NCBI GenBank assembly: GCA_012295275.1
Contig: CM022670.1
Coordinates: 32,054,001 to 32,118,000 of the forward strand
Source of the DNA: Chrysomallon squamiferum
Lineage: Eukaryota; Animalia; Mollusca
Length of the DNA stretch: 64,000 nt
Reading direction: 5' to 3'
Position 1 is the stretch's first letter, and each line of letters starts with the position of its first letter. Positions 1 to 14,328 of this stretch are shown one piece after another. The notes under the pieces were generated by a model that saw only the letters and a list, made by a program, of their open reading frames with translations, ran no database searches and was not told where the DNA came from. The translations under genes and the position numbers were made by a program.

Positions 1-689
1 TGATTCCCTAGATAAGAGAAGATTACATAATGATGAGAAGGAGCTGACTCTTTATAGTCATTGTCGTCAAATAGATATTTTATTCATTACTTCATTCTGC
101 AATTCAAATGTAATTTTAAGTGTTAGGCTAAGAAAGTACTTTATTTATTTATTTATATCTTTAAGATAACGTACTGAAATATCTGTATTCTAAAATTCTA
201 GCTTTCCTGACTGAAATAAAAATATCATCTATTATTTCCCAACAGATGTAATATATAATGTTTATTTATTTATTTTCGTAAGCGATGAAAAATGTTGTTA
301 TCGGATTTACGTTCGCGTGCATTGCTTCAGTAAATATAGCATTTCCTTAAAAGCCAGATATCAAGCATCCTTCGACCATGTCCCAGCACGCTACTTCAGT
401 AAGGCGAAACGTCTACGTAAATACTTTATTTTTTCCATGTTCCTTGGAAAAGTAATGAAATTTAACCATTTGACTTATTTCATTTAAACGTCACCAATAA
501 TAATCGCTGTACCCGGTTTTGTTTGTTTGAGCACACCGTGTTGTTGTTCGTGCTGGGGCGTCGTTAAGTTAAATCGACAGACAATAGATAATTTAAAATA
601 AATTTCGCCGATAAGTAAAATACAATAACGTGTTAAGGTTAATTGGAAAGTACTGTTTGTTTAACGACGACTGAACATGCTGTCTGGCA

Positions 690-1250
690 CATTGTTTAGT
701 TATAATTGTGTCTAATATCACACCAGCATACAGTCTAGTTATATGTTTAGAAACCTTTCAGAATAAAACATATAACTATGTTTTATAAGATTTCAGCATT
801 ATAATTAGTGATATGTCAAACAACATTACAGGACAACTGTCTGGTTGTAAGTCTAAATGCATATCTCAAATGCATTCAGAATATTATTTGGTTACATGTC
901 TTAAACATTTCAGAGTACGATCTTGTTGTATGTGTAACAATATTTCAGAATAAATATCTATATGTTTAACAACATTATCGCATAACATTTTAATAATATA
1001 ACGAAAAGCTCTTTAATACACTAATTATATGTCTGAAAACGCCTGCACTTTGTTTTGTCCAGTATCTTTCAAACAGATTGTCTTGTTATATGTCTAACAA
1101 CATTTCAGATACTATATCTATTTAAATGTCGAATGATATGTCAGTATACATCAGTCAGTAGTTATCCTGAAAATTATCTTGTTACGTATTAAACGATTAG
1201 AAGATAGAGTCTGTTTAGATATTTAGAAACGATATAACAGATGGTTAATG
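690..1250. repeat. Degenerate ~34-36 bp minisatellite (consensus ~GTTATATGTCTAACAACATTTCAGAATAnnnTCT)
   Basis: Recurring units, e.g. gttatatgtttagaaacctttcagaat (738), gtgatatgtcaaacaacattacagga (808), gttacatgtcttaaacatttcagagt (891), gttgtatgtgtaacaatatttcagaat (925), gttatatgtctaacaacatttcagat (1085). Confidence 0.8.
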
Positions 1251-2088
1251 TATTGTTAGTACTTTGTTGAAAATATACGAAAAATAATTAATAACATATA
1301 CCAAAAATGAATAAAACCTTTATAAAATCCTGTGTCTTTAGAACGACAAGTCAGTTTAATTCAGTTCCAATTAGATATCCTTGACTAAGTCCTTTTTCTA
1401 AATATAATTATAGGAAATGTTTAATTTTTTTTTTTTCTGAGGCAATATTTTGCTATGCCCCCCAGAAAAGTTATGCTTGAACCATGGATTGAAATAAACA
1501 GGGGTCAAATGGTTGACCTTATGTTATAGTATCGCCAACAGCGGCAAGAGCAATGCATCTGCTTTCAACAAGAACCACCAATAAAGTATTAATCATATAA
1601 TTGTGTGCGGTTTAATCCGGGCTCGTTAATCAAATCCACAGTACCACGCTTTTAATGTTGAGAAGCGCGCATCAATTATGCGAGTAATAACCGAAAATAA
1701 AACCTTTTGAAATCTCTAACTATCCGGCTTTGAGCTGTACCATAGGGGTCACACAGCTCTGGACTCGCTGTCCATCTGTCGACCGCTGGGTGGAGGACGA
1801 CGCGGGGTTCAGAGGACTGTTTTATAGGCCGTTAAACTTGCTGATGCAAGACGAAATTCAAAAATTAACATTTCATATATTATTTTCGATCAAAGACTGT
1901 TCGAGAAATCGTTAAAAAGTATCCATTCTAAGTACATTTGAATAATAGAATAACTAACTAAATAAAATAAAATAAAATAAAATTTAATACAAATTTTTTT
2001 TTTAATAATAATAACAAAAAAAAAGAAAGAAAAGAAATCGGATTATTCGTAATGTATTATAATTTTTCGTCGTTTTGTTAATTTACAA

Positions 2089-2246
<158 letters not shown>

Positions 2247-4729
2247 TTTTTATTATTATTTTGTATTATTTTTTTTTTTTCTAAAGAGAATCACAATTTC
2301 AAAGAAACGAAAAATATACTTGTTTTCCCACAACGTAACAAAAATACACAAAATATTTTAAATAAACAATTATAGTGGTTTTGTATGTTTTTGTGATTTA
2401 AAACATATTTGTGTCTTTTTATTTAATTTATTCTTAATATATTCTTGTTTCTTGTATTTTGCATGGGGCATTTAGTGGAGTTAATCTTGTTCAGTTTATG
2501 AAACAAATGTATGTTATGTCTGTACTGTAGTAAATATTTCGCTCCTTTTCTTAGATGGCAGAATAGACTTAGACAAGGAATGAACCTTTCACCTTTATTA
2601 TACACATGTATTTTTAAAAACATTTAAAGTCTTTCTTCCTCACAGGTATTTGAATCTGTAATTAAACACAATCTTTTCTCCAAACAAATTGAGCTACTTC
2701 GGATTGGTTTCTGATAATTCTAAATGCTAAACGTTATAATTAAAGAAAACGAAACTTAAGAACCAATTATCAACTGGAATAACATGCAGCCATGAAAGTT
2801 TGAACCTAAATGTCACAGGAAGCCTCATATTCAGTTGCACATGCGCAGTGCACAAAGGTTTATAAAAACGTTAAAAACAAGTGAACCCCATAAGTGCATG
2901 TTTTCATAGCTGCAGGGTACGATGAAGTTTTTAAAAAGTAACACTATCTGAGTGTAATTATATTTAAAAACTGCCGACTGAAGACTAAGTTACTAGGGTG
3001 AAAAAAGATATAAAAACGAAAGTCTGAGAAACAAAAGAAATATTTGAAAGTGTTTATGCTAAAATTATTCGGTATAAAATGATTTTTATTAATATCAAGA
3101 TGTGTATCTCGACAATATTTTACTTTGAAAAATCTACTGTCAAAATATTAAATTTAATATTACAGACTAAATTAAACATTCTGTACAAAAACTAAAATAA
3201 AATATTGCTTCATTGAAAAATTTAAAACGCTATATAAAAATGATAGAATAATAGAATAATAATAATTCATGAATTTATTTTATTATTAAATAAAAAATAA
3301 GAAAGAAAGAAAGAAAGAAAAAGAAAACAGTCGATGTTCTTTATTTTCTCTTCAACGTACACGCATTTTTCTTTTTATTTTCTATTTCTTTTTTTTTTTT
3401 TTTTTTCTTTTTTGCTTTCTACCGGTAATAACTGACATTAACAATAATCTTCTCTTTTCTCCTTCTTTCTTTCTTTTTATCATTTATTTATTTATTTAGT
3501 GTTAAAAAGTCAAAAAAGCATTAACTACTAACACATATCAGAAACACTCGACGTTTTAGCGTGATTCTGAAACGAGTCTAACACAACTGCAGTAATTATC
3601 ATGTAACCAAGGCTATTTTGGATTCATTCATGTTTCACCATCATACTCGACTTTTTCACCCCGCGAACCAGTCAAACGTGGACAAATTGCACCCTGTTAT
3701 GAAATAAAAACTCGCGGACGCATCTGTCAATCCATGGGTAATGATGAAGGCTAAATAATAATAATAATAATAATGGGCACTTTTGACCCGGCATTTTTCA
3801 CGACAGCAAGCTAATTTCATACAAGATTATAGAAATGACACCTTTATCTCAAAATTACTGGATTGCAGGTTATTAACGGAAATAGCAAAGACTTGTGGAT
3901 GATAGTCTAAACACGCAAGCCAGTCTCTGAAGCAAAATTAATATGCTTTGAAACTGAAATGAAATTGAAAAATTTTAGCTGTTTAAATAACTGTTTTCTG
4001 TTTGATGGTTTCTTTCAGTATATGTAGACTTATTTTAATTTATTAACATCAAAGAATGTGATATCTTCAGCAATGGACTTTTGTGTCTGAAAGATCTTAT
4101 TTGAACGGGAAATAATGTAATGGATTAATGTAATCATTTTCTTGCTTTCCATCATTGCTTTTCCTGTGGATATATAAACATTTGTTTCAACACTTCACCA
4201 GTGATTTATCAAAGACCATTATGTATACCTTCGTGTATACGGGGATATAAAATCATATCTTGTCTCTAAATAATTATAACAGAAAATCATATGCGTCAAA
4301 GCTAATACCACATATTAATGTATATCTAAATATACATACACTTATGAAGTTAAAAATATTCAACAAAGACCAATATTTAAAATATTTCAAAGTTTTAGTT
4401 CGGCTTGTTCAAAACATCAAACTGAATATTCATGAGCACGAAATGATCCCATGTATACATCAGAAATTCTTTCAGACTGGCTAACTGTTTCAGTGTGTGG
4501 TATTTGCTAGAATTATTTATAATCTTCCATTAACGACTCAAAGGAATTAAATATTCATCGGCCCTTTTGTCCTATCATTCATCTATACCGATATACTGAA
4601 ATACCAGTGTGATGATTTCACTGTTCAATGAAATCAGGGTTCAGTAGTTCAAATAACAAGTCATTCCAAAATTTTATATTAATGTCCGAACAAAACAGAA
4701 CAATTGTTGCAGGCGAATTTTGATTATTA

Positions 4730-4862
4730 TTAGTAGTAATTTCTGAACTAAGTAGTAGTAGTAGTAATAGTAATAGAAGTAATGGGTAATAGTGGTTGAT
4801 ATAGTTGGAGTAGTAGTATTTTTGGTAGTGGTGATAGTGGTGGTGGTGGTGTGGTAGTGGTA
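4730..4862. repeat. Degenerate (AGT)n/(GGT)n low-complexity tract
   Basis: agtagtagta...ggtggtggt runs. Confidence 0.8.
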
Positions 4863-6585
4863 TTATAACAGTTAATGTAATTTATCATTAAGTTATATTT
4901 TTAACTTTATCCTCTTGAAGACAGAGATGAAAATACTGGAATCTTGACCAAAGCGCAGGGCCGACATAGCTTGGATTTAGTCAGAACATTTGCCAGCATA
5001 CAAAACATTGTAAATCTAGACAGACGGTGGAAAAAGTCTGTGAAATATGCACCTGCAGTGTATATTTCAAACCAGGTACTGTACCCTGTCTTATTCAATT
5101 AGAAACAATCGAGTTTGTAAGTCTTTCCAAAACGGTGCTGATAGGTACTTTTTTTTTCTTTTTCTGCAGAGCTGGTTTTCTCAGCGTTATTTGTGTTCCG
5201 TGAAAACGTAAACTATTTCCTTTGACGAACACTTGCTGAAAGCAGATCTTGTAGTATGTTACTGACATGTCCAGTCACTGACCACTTGACCAGGTGGTGG
5301 AATTTTCCCTTTATGTTCTTTTCAACGTTTGTTTATTTTTCGTCTAGCGAAGTATAGCATATTTAAAACAAGAAAGTAGTGATGAATTTATAAACATACA
5401 TAGAAAGCTACAAACCTTGATTCAGACATAATACAATTATTTTGAATAATATACTGCAAAAGTGAACGACCAAAAAGATTATGATGAACAACTTTTCTTA
5501 CGACCGCTAAAAGATAAAATTTAGATTAGTGACTTTCAGTCTGAACGTCACTACCCCCCCCCACAGCTCTATGGAAAGACAGGCTGACGGTTAAATTTAT
5601 AATGTATTAATGCTTACATGTATACAGTAAAATTCATTGTACCTCTGCAATATTAAATAGTATAAAATTGAATACAGTGGCCCCAATAAAAGGTAAAGAA
5701 CCACTGATTAAGATAATTATTTCCTCTAAAGTTTGGCCACACATACTGGATTTATAGTGGTTTACGAAAGAATAATCTCTAGTATTATTATATTTGAAAT
5801 ATTAATGTTCTATTAGACGGTTTCCTTAATCAGTCAAATTCTTTTTAACACATACAGTTAGTAGAAACCCTACCCAATACTGTTTTAAAAAGTATTTTAC
5901 AGTGTAAGTGCATTTCTATTTCGCGTTGTCAGATCAAAAGACAAGTTGTGCGTAAAACGTCATCAGTTTACGTGAATGAATGCACAAACTCGCCAAAGCG
6001 TATTGGTCGAATCTCGGATGCTGTTAACCCAACACCTAATTGCATCGTTGAACATCGCTCTGCAATGAACCTTACATTCTGCGTCCAGTAAAATAAAATC
6101 TTGTATTGATGTTTGACGTTTACAACGGTAACGACAACTGGCAAGGAGAGCGATGAGGTCGGCTGGTGTTTGATGTTGGTCCTAGTGTTACACACATTTA
6201 CAATTCAACTAAGAATTACGTAATGCTTTATTTGTATTTTGCTTTGGCTATACAGCTATAACGGTAGTCATTTCAGAAATCATTAATTAACAGCTGCAGT
6301 TTCGTGATCTTTTTGTTTTTGTGTTTATGTATTTGAATGAAAAGGATTATTTAATAATTTAGTTGTTGTTATTTTATAAAATAATTAAAAACAATTTTAA
6401 CTTTGTAAATATTTTATTTATGAAGATTTTATTTGTTTGTTCGAATGTAGGGCTCTTGGAAATTATCTCTGTAATGATATATAAAATGTCTAATTTTGGC
6501 ACATGTGTTACATATTTATATTCCATGAACCGCATTACAGAAAATTAAATTCATGTTCTGTTTTATCATATTTCGTATCTAGACT

Positions 6586-6586
<1 letters not shown>

Positions 6587-6656
<70 letters not shown>
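6587..6656. repeat. (CT)n microsatellite
   Basis: Directly visible. Confidence 0.98.
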
Positions 6657-6658
<2 letters not shown>

Positions 6659-7371
6659 CCTTTATGCACACTAATCACGACCACTGATTCTACACTCTAA
6701 ACCAGTCATTTACTCCTCAAACTGATAACATTATAATGGTAGAGCAGCAGACACGATGCCATCAATAATAAAAGGGCAGACGACAACTCCACAGCAGACT
6801 GCTTCTCTGCTATCAGTTAACATGCTTTATCAGGGCTCATCAGCTTGCAGACATTTGAGGATCTCTCCGCTAATTAAGATGACCATATTTTTACGGAGCC
6901 CGGAGGCGAGAAAATGCAATTGCGACCAAGTAATAGCCACAGCACGTGAGAATTATGCATTGTTGTTGATAGACTTAATATAGGTACACATGCCAAATTA
7001 GCATCTTGTCAGTGCAGAATTTAGTCAATGCAGCCGAGATTTGTGGAAACAAGTGTCACAGTTGTTACATCATTCTCCATTCCCTTGGGTGATTAATAAT
7101 CTGGGTAACGATACTGGTGAAGGTCGCAATGGCGATGCATCCGGGTCAAAGTTCATGGCAAACAGGAAATGCTGCAATAGAGTTCCCTTACGACATAATT
7201 TACTTCTTGCAACACCATTATATGGTTCCAATAAATTTTACTCCGTAAGTCTGTGTCCTAATAATGATAAAGAAAGCAGCCGAAAACGAGATGTTATTTA
7301 AACATCCCTTAAATCATTTGGTTAAGTAAGCAATATTTTTCTTCTGTTTTTAATTTACTAAATAGATAAAA

Positions 7372-7373
<2 letters not shown>

Positions 7374-7418
<45 letters not shown>

Positions 7419-7451
7419 TGGAAATGTATTGAGTTTTCTGTTCGTAAAAGT

Positions 7452-7538
<87 letters not shown>

Positions 7539-7550
7539 ACACACACACAC
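7374..7550. repeat. poly(T) plus (CT)n-(CA)n microsatellites
   Basis: poly-T 7374-7412, (CT)n 7454-7536, short (CA)n to 7550. Confidence 0.97.
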
Positions 7551-8147
7551 TACTTTTCAGTAAATAGGTTATGCTGCTGCTGTCAATATTTTGATGTTAA
7601 TAGTTCATTATGAAGGCACGAACTTACGTACCTGAATGAATGACAATAGTTTTATTTCGCCGATGTCAAAGAGTCTGTCACAAGACACTGCTCAGTGAAA
7701 TAATAGTTAATATCTAAAAAGGTCATCATCGAGTACCAATCAGCCCGAATAAAATATGCGTGCAAATTCGTAATAAAAATCGCTAAATTTTACATTGAGA
7801 TTCTTATCAGCTGATCAAACGTCAGAGTGTTGGAAGCTTCTTGACCTGTGGGTGATGTTTAACCAACATAAATATTTCCATCCCGAAACACCCGCGGCCC
7901 CGATAACAAAACAATTTAAAGATTAATCAGGCAAGAAATTCTGTTTTAAATACTTAGTAATTAAAAGATCCATTTCTTGCAGTTATAAAAATATGTTGTT
8001 GTTTTATTACTATTATTATTATTATTCATTCGAGCCAGATTTTCTTTAATTCTCTAGTTTTTTGCTAAATCATCATGTACAAATAATCTATTTATCGTGT
8101 TATCGATTTTTTTAATGAAAAAGCTGGGTTATATGTTTAAAATTTAA

Positions 8148-8223
8148 CTCATGGGGCAGAGCGCATTATATCGTCTCTTCTTTTTTGAAATTCGAAGCCA
8201 GTTCATTCTCACTTCTATCTTCC

Positions 8224-8322
<99 letters not shown>
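8148..8322 (+). mobile_element. Short interspersed element (79-bp unique part plus (CT)n tail), copy A
   Basis: ctcatggggcagagcgcattatatcgtctcttcttttttgaaattcgaagccagtt...ctatcttcctta followed by (CT)n; a near-identical reverse-complement copy lies at 19951-20029 (3 substitutions seen). Confidence 0.75.
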
Positions 8323-10802
8323 TCTCTCATAATTCATCTCCAACCCTAACCCAAAGATAAAGTTAAGAAATCAGCAATGGCCCATGGCTGAAGGTTGTTT
8401 GCGGCTTCTCGCGGTTTTCTTCTAAGATTATGCGAAGCGGACACGTTACGGGGTTCCGCGAACAGAAGGATTATCCTGCAGATACGAAACAACCCGCAAC
8501 CGTGCACGCTTTGAGACTGGCGCTTTCATAGACTGGTTATCATTCATGTTTTATTTGTTTGTTTTTCGTCTGCAACTGTTGTGTTGTTGACACGGGATTT
8601 ACGATAAACTTTTGATCGTGTGAATATCACCAAACCAGGGCTCTTGCCTCAAATAAATATTTTTGTAAAAAGAAACTTTCAATGATTGCTTTGTATTACA
8701 AAAAGTTTGAGCTGGGATCGGAAAAAGTGGAGGTGTGAGGATTAGGATAAAAACTGTTTTCACGGAATATATAAACTTGTAAACCTGAAGTTTTATCCGT
8801 AAAGACCCATAAAAGATTATAATCGATTTTGCTGTATATTAAACAAAAAACAATCAAAATCAAACTGACAAGCTAGAGTTTTGAAATGCAAATTTGAAAT
8901 GAGATATATTTTCTTTAATAGATTACCAAAACGGTTTTATTCTTCATTGTGGATTTTTTCTTTTTCAGGCACGTGATTCTGTTGGATTTTTTTTTTACTT
9001 TTATGTTGAGTCTATTTGTTTTTTTGTGGTTCTAATATTAAGAAAATATGAATAGATTAAATCAAAAACGTACAACCTTGACTGGAATATCGATTTTATT
9101 ATTACTTTATCAAAACAGTTCTATATATAATATTTTCAGAACACACAGACATATATACATACACTCACGTTTATATAATTATATATATATAAACACACAC
9201 ACATACACACACACACATATATTATTATTATTGTTATTGTTATTATTATTATAATTATTATTCAATGATAAAAAGTGTATTTTTATAACATTATTTTTTC
9301 AGTCATTCACCGATTCATTCTTTCTGCCTCTTTTTTTTTTCTCTCTCTCTGTCTTTCTGTCTCACTCACTCTTTCGATCACTTATGTATATACATGTATA
9401 TGACCTAGGAACTTCTCCAACTCCTGTTAGCAATATGAACTATATAATTATTGGTCTATGTAATTATGAGTAATGAATACAGAGCAGTGATCCAGTGCAC
9501 ATAAGTAAGCTCGATGTACATAATAAATTTATATCATAAAACATTAATATTTCTAAGCTAAAACGATCAGCTTGAAACTGGAGAATTTTAAAATTAGTAC
9601 TGTAGTTTTATTAATTACCTAACTTACTGACATCTGATTGTTTGTGTCTTTCTGAACCATGGCGACAAGCTTGAGACTGTTAGGCATTCTTAAAAGTTAT
9701 TAATTACGTAAGTTACTAATTAAATTTTTTAGCATTACTTGTCGAAATCCAGCCTTGTATAATTTAGAAAGGGAAATGAGATAATATGAAAATCTTCACT
9801 AAAAGTCTGTGTCTGAAATCTTGACACTTATGATAATTGAGAACGAAACATAATTTAAAATAATTTCATTATTTCAGTGTAATTACTGTTAGTGTGATTA
9901 AATCTGTTGTCTGGTAAAACGAATTACCAATACAACAAAATCATCTGAGATTGATTTGACATCATCACCATTATCATTATCATTACCTCCATTACCATCA
10001 TCACCATGATATTCGTTAATGTCAACATAATAATAAAGGCGACTGCAACAAATTGTATGCATGTATGATTACATACTATTTTATATTAGTAGTATTAGCA
10101 GTAATGATGCTGTTTCGCATTTGTTAATAAGTAACATCATTTTTTAATTTATAAAAAAATACATACATACAAACATACGTACATACATACATACATACAT
10201 ACATACATACATGTTCAATATATTATTTCATGTTAATAACTTTATAATTAAAACGTAATTATGTAATTTTCTATATACCTAACATCTTTGTTTACAGTGT
10301 TTATTGAAATATATGACCATGAAAGCGATAGGTTATTCTCTCTTCATTTGCATATGTGTATCCCAAAACGGCACTAATAAAGTCTTTAATGTGTTAACTT
10401 CTAAATAAAAGTGTACAACAACAGTTGTTAAAGTGCCGGGTTTGCAAGAAGTCATAGTGTGCTGTTTATTTTGATGTCATCAAACGTTTTTACCCATGTG
10501 TCAGTGACTTTCTGCCACTTTGACACACTTTTCTATAAATATACCCTTAGGAATGTTTTGACGTTAATGTAGCTCTAAAATATAGTACACAAACAAATAA
10601 GAAAAAAATAATCTTTTTACTACTGTTTAAATTTTTTGCTATCATCGTCATCATTTCTTTTTCGTTTTCGTTTTATCGCTTCAGGCCTGTTTTCAAAAGA
10701 GTTGAAAAATTTAGAAAGATGTTGTTTACATAACAGTTAGAGAAACGGATATTGTTGAAAGATATCAATGGTCCATTGAGAAAACAAGTACAAACCCTGG
10801 AA

Positions 10803-10815
10803 TGACCTTTGACCC
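10803..10815 (-). promoter_or_regulatory. Nuclear-receptor DR1 element (GGGTCA-A-AGGTCA on minus strand)
   Basis: tgacctttgaccc matches the DR1 consensus bound by COUP-TF/HNF4/RXR-class receptors; motif match only. Confidence 0.35.
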
Positions 10816-13800
10816 GTCGACCCGGACCTCGACCGATCGAACATCTGGGACCAAAGCCAAAGTAGCCTGAAGTGTATTCTTTAATACAGCGCTTTAATTC
10901 TGCGAAACCAGAATAAATAAAGAATTTTTAATGTCGAAAATTCGATTTTTATTAAACACCAGGATTGTCTTACTGGTATTTTTTAATTATTTTAATCATA
11001 AGTTATCAAAAAAGTACTTCTTGACAGCAAGAATATTTCAGATTTGCTCAAATGAAATTAAATAAAAATTAAAAAAAGGTTATAAAACGGCGACTTATAG
11101 TTTAGAGGCAAATATTGTTTTGTTGACACCCTCGGTAAAAGAAAAAGAGAAAAGAAAACAGAAAAAGAATAAGAAAAAGAAAAAAGATAAATAAATAAAT
11201 AAATAAACTGTGAAATTTGCATTTTGATCCTAAAAATGCCACACCCAATTCGGCCCCCAGGGCATCTGCTCAACCTGTCCTTCTCAAGTTACTCCACTGC
11301 CTGTACAGTATTCAAATATACACCGGCGTATATATAAAACAACTGTTATGTTAACACTAATATATTAACAAAATGAAAAGTAATTTATTGAGTCCAAATA
11401 GAACTGTGACTACAGCTGCTGTTTGGCCAGAAAACACGTAGCGCATTGCATCACAAAATCACGTGATTTCTAAATTTTCACATGTCCTTCCGCTGCTCGG
11501 CCATTCTCGGAATAGCTGCAGATCTGTTGAAGTCATCGAGAGTTTGTTTGACTGACCGATTCAGCGATCTCCAATCGGCTACACATTAATTACGATAGCT
11601 CTAATTAGGGGGCTGTCCGAGGCCAGAGTGGGGTGATGCATGACAACCATCTGCCCCTGAGAGCCGAGGTGTTAGCCTTGAGTCGGCGGAAATCCCCGAC
11701 TGACACTGATCAAGTAGTTTTTAATGAGACGTATATTTCGGTACACAGCTCCAGTTCTTGTGTAACAATACAATTATATACTCGATACTTGCATGCACGT
11801 TATATCTGTTATGTAACAGTTGATTATTCAGCGATATGTAATATATCAATTGTTATTTTGTTACTAGGCCTGTATGTATACTGATGTACATAGTACGTAA
11901 CTAGTGTCATCTTGATATTAGCTAAATGTTTTATTTCTGGTCATAACTGTATGAAATTTGTGTGGCGTTATCTTTAAAGCATTTGGGTAATTATAAATAA
12001 AAGAAAAAACAAAATTTTTCTCATTAAAAAAAAGAAGAAGAAGAAACTCTGTTTAATGTATGTTTGTTGTTAAACTGCCCTAAAAGTATCCATTCATCTA
12101 TCTATCCATCGCTCACTTCCTATCTAATTATGATTGTAGATTCAAATATCGATAAATACGTTCACAAAGACAGGCAGACAGAAATATGGAAAAAATATGT
12201 CATTTCTGTTTTTCTCGGTGAGTTTTATTGTTATTACTTCTAGTTCTAATTTTTCCTGTTTTCGTCAACACTATTTGGACTTTTCTAAGTGAAAACAAGT
12301 TAAATTATTATTAAACATTACAATTAACCACAGTTCTCTTCCAATGAGTACATTAGTCACAAGAGATAAACAGGCCTGCATGATGATTGGCATTGTTAAT
12401 TCAATTGGCACGGTTCCTTCGTCGACATCGTGTATTAAATGTTTCACCAAAGTAAACTTCTTCCATTTATCACGTCCATCGATCTATCTGCCGTTTCACC
12501 CAGTCAGCGATCGATGCCAAGAAGTTGGCCAGTTCATAGTGCTTCCGAAAACCAGGTGAGAAATTCGCAGTGCTGTTCGAATTACACCAAGCAATGAAAT
12601 TCGTTCAAGAGACAAAACATTGACAGCTGAATCTTAGTTTTTACGTCTTACGTATCTGAACTCTACGCTACGGATCACCGAATATATAGAAGATAAAAAA
12701 GAAAAATAATGTAATCCTTGCACTTATTTTGTATAGTTATTTTCTTGTGTTGTTTTGCTGTTATTGATGTTTTGTGGTTTGTTGTTTTTCTTGCTGTTGT
12801 CTTTTTATTCTGTTTAGTTATGCTACGTTTATTTCTTTTCGTTCTTTTTATGTATTGTTTCCAGCGTGTGTGTATGTGTGTGTGTGTGTGTGCGTGCGTG
12901 CTTGCATACCGTTATAGCACATTATTATATTTGCGTATATATGTACCTAACCTGATATAAGTACGTAAGAAAATGTCATGTTCTTATAATCAGTGTCTAA
13001 ATTAGTTTATCACTAAACTACGTAATCACAGACTAATAAGGACTGTGAAACTTAATAAATCTGGGATGACATTTTTATTAAAAAAAAAAGATGTCAAGAT
13101 GTCTTTTTTCTATCACGATATTTATTAGATGGTTATTTTCTGCTGTAAAAAGCTAATTCTGAATGCGTAATGAGTTTATATAATTACGTATATGTCTCTT
13201 GAAATACCACCTGCCTTCTAATTTTAAATTCATTTTAATTATCTCATAATACCATATACATATCCGTCAAATAAGCTCTACTTGGTCTGATTATGGAGTC
13301 GTGGCCGTGAAAGTCGGAGCCAAATTGATTTATGACGTAACGTATGACGTGTGCCATTATTTACCACCATGGCAGTAATGCCTTTATCAATAGTTTTGCG
13401 AAGACCAGTCATTCGACCAAAAATACAGCAATCAATAAACACAAACATGTCCTGGTTGCAGTTTGCGACCTTTTCTTGCATATGTCTGTGGTTAATTAAT
13501 AACCATGAACTCTGTTTCAACTAAAACGGTTTGTGACGCGAATGTAGATATATATATATACACACACATGTGGTAAATGAATATTTCATAAAATCATGTC
13601 AAATATGTCGGAAAAACTCTGTTATAGCACCTCTTTCACCCCAAGGTTATTATCCCGCTTGTCTCTTTTTCTAAACTCTCTCGTGAACTCTGTTTCTCTT
13701 ACACGTTTTTCTTTCTAACAAACATATACATACACACACAATAAAATGTGTGAACTTACAAGGATGTTCTTAGGTGAAGAAAGAACCACTTAGATACAAC

Positions 13801-13959
13801 ATGTATACAGCACACTCAGACGCAAGTACATATACAATATGTACACAACCATCACAAAACTGACCAGTTGATCTCAAGGGAATCGTGGAATTCATTTCGA
13901 AATCTATCAACAAACATCGCAAGATCTGATGTCTGGTTCTATCGCATTCAATCAGCATT

Positions 13960-14140
13960 CCTTACCCACCATTTGACATCCCTGACGAAAACCCACTTCC
14001 CACCAGAGACCAACTAGCCGATGAAGAGACGTGCAGAAGATGGCGGCAACACCGTATTACGTCACTGACGTCATTTGGTAAATGCGTACATCAGCGCTGA
14101 CACCTTGTACGTCATTAGTCAATTCCTGACATGACAATCA
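13960..14140. promoter_or_regulatory. Promoter/enhancer-like motif cluster (YY1 plus tandem CRE)
   Basis: aagatggcggc at 14037-14047 (YY1 consensus), ttacgtca at 14057-14064 and tgacgtca at 14066-14073 (CRE), in a CpG-rich island. Confidence 0.4.
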
Positions 14141-14292
14141 GAGCAGAGAATGAAGATAGTGAGATCACTAATGACAGCGCGTCAGAGTTCTTTAGCACCA
14201 TTCTGCAGCGACAGATTCTGTAAAATTTCTAGCACTTCGTTTGTCGTCTGTCGTTATTACTTTCAGTTCTCACAAGTCTGGAATCACACTTA

Positions 14293-14328
<36 letters not shown>

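Noticed and set aside
11245-11300. Possible DNA-transposon/MITE terminus (…agttactccactg)
   Set aside because: No matching opposite terminus or second copy found in the window.
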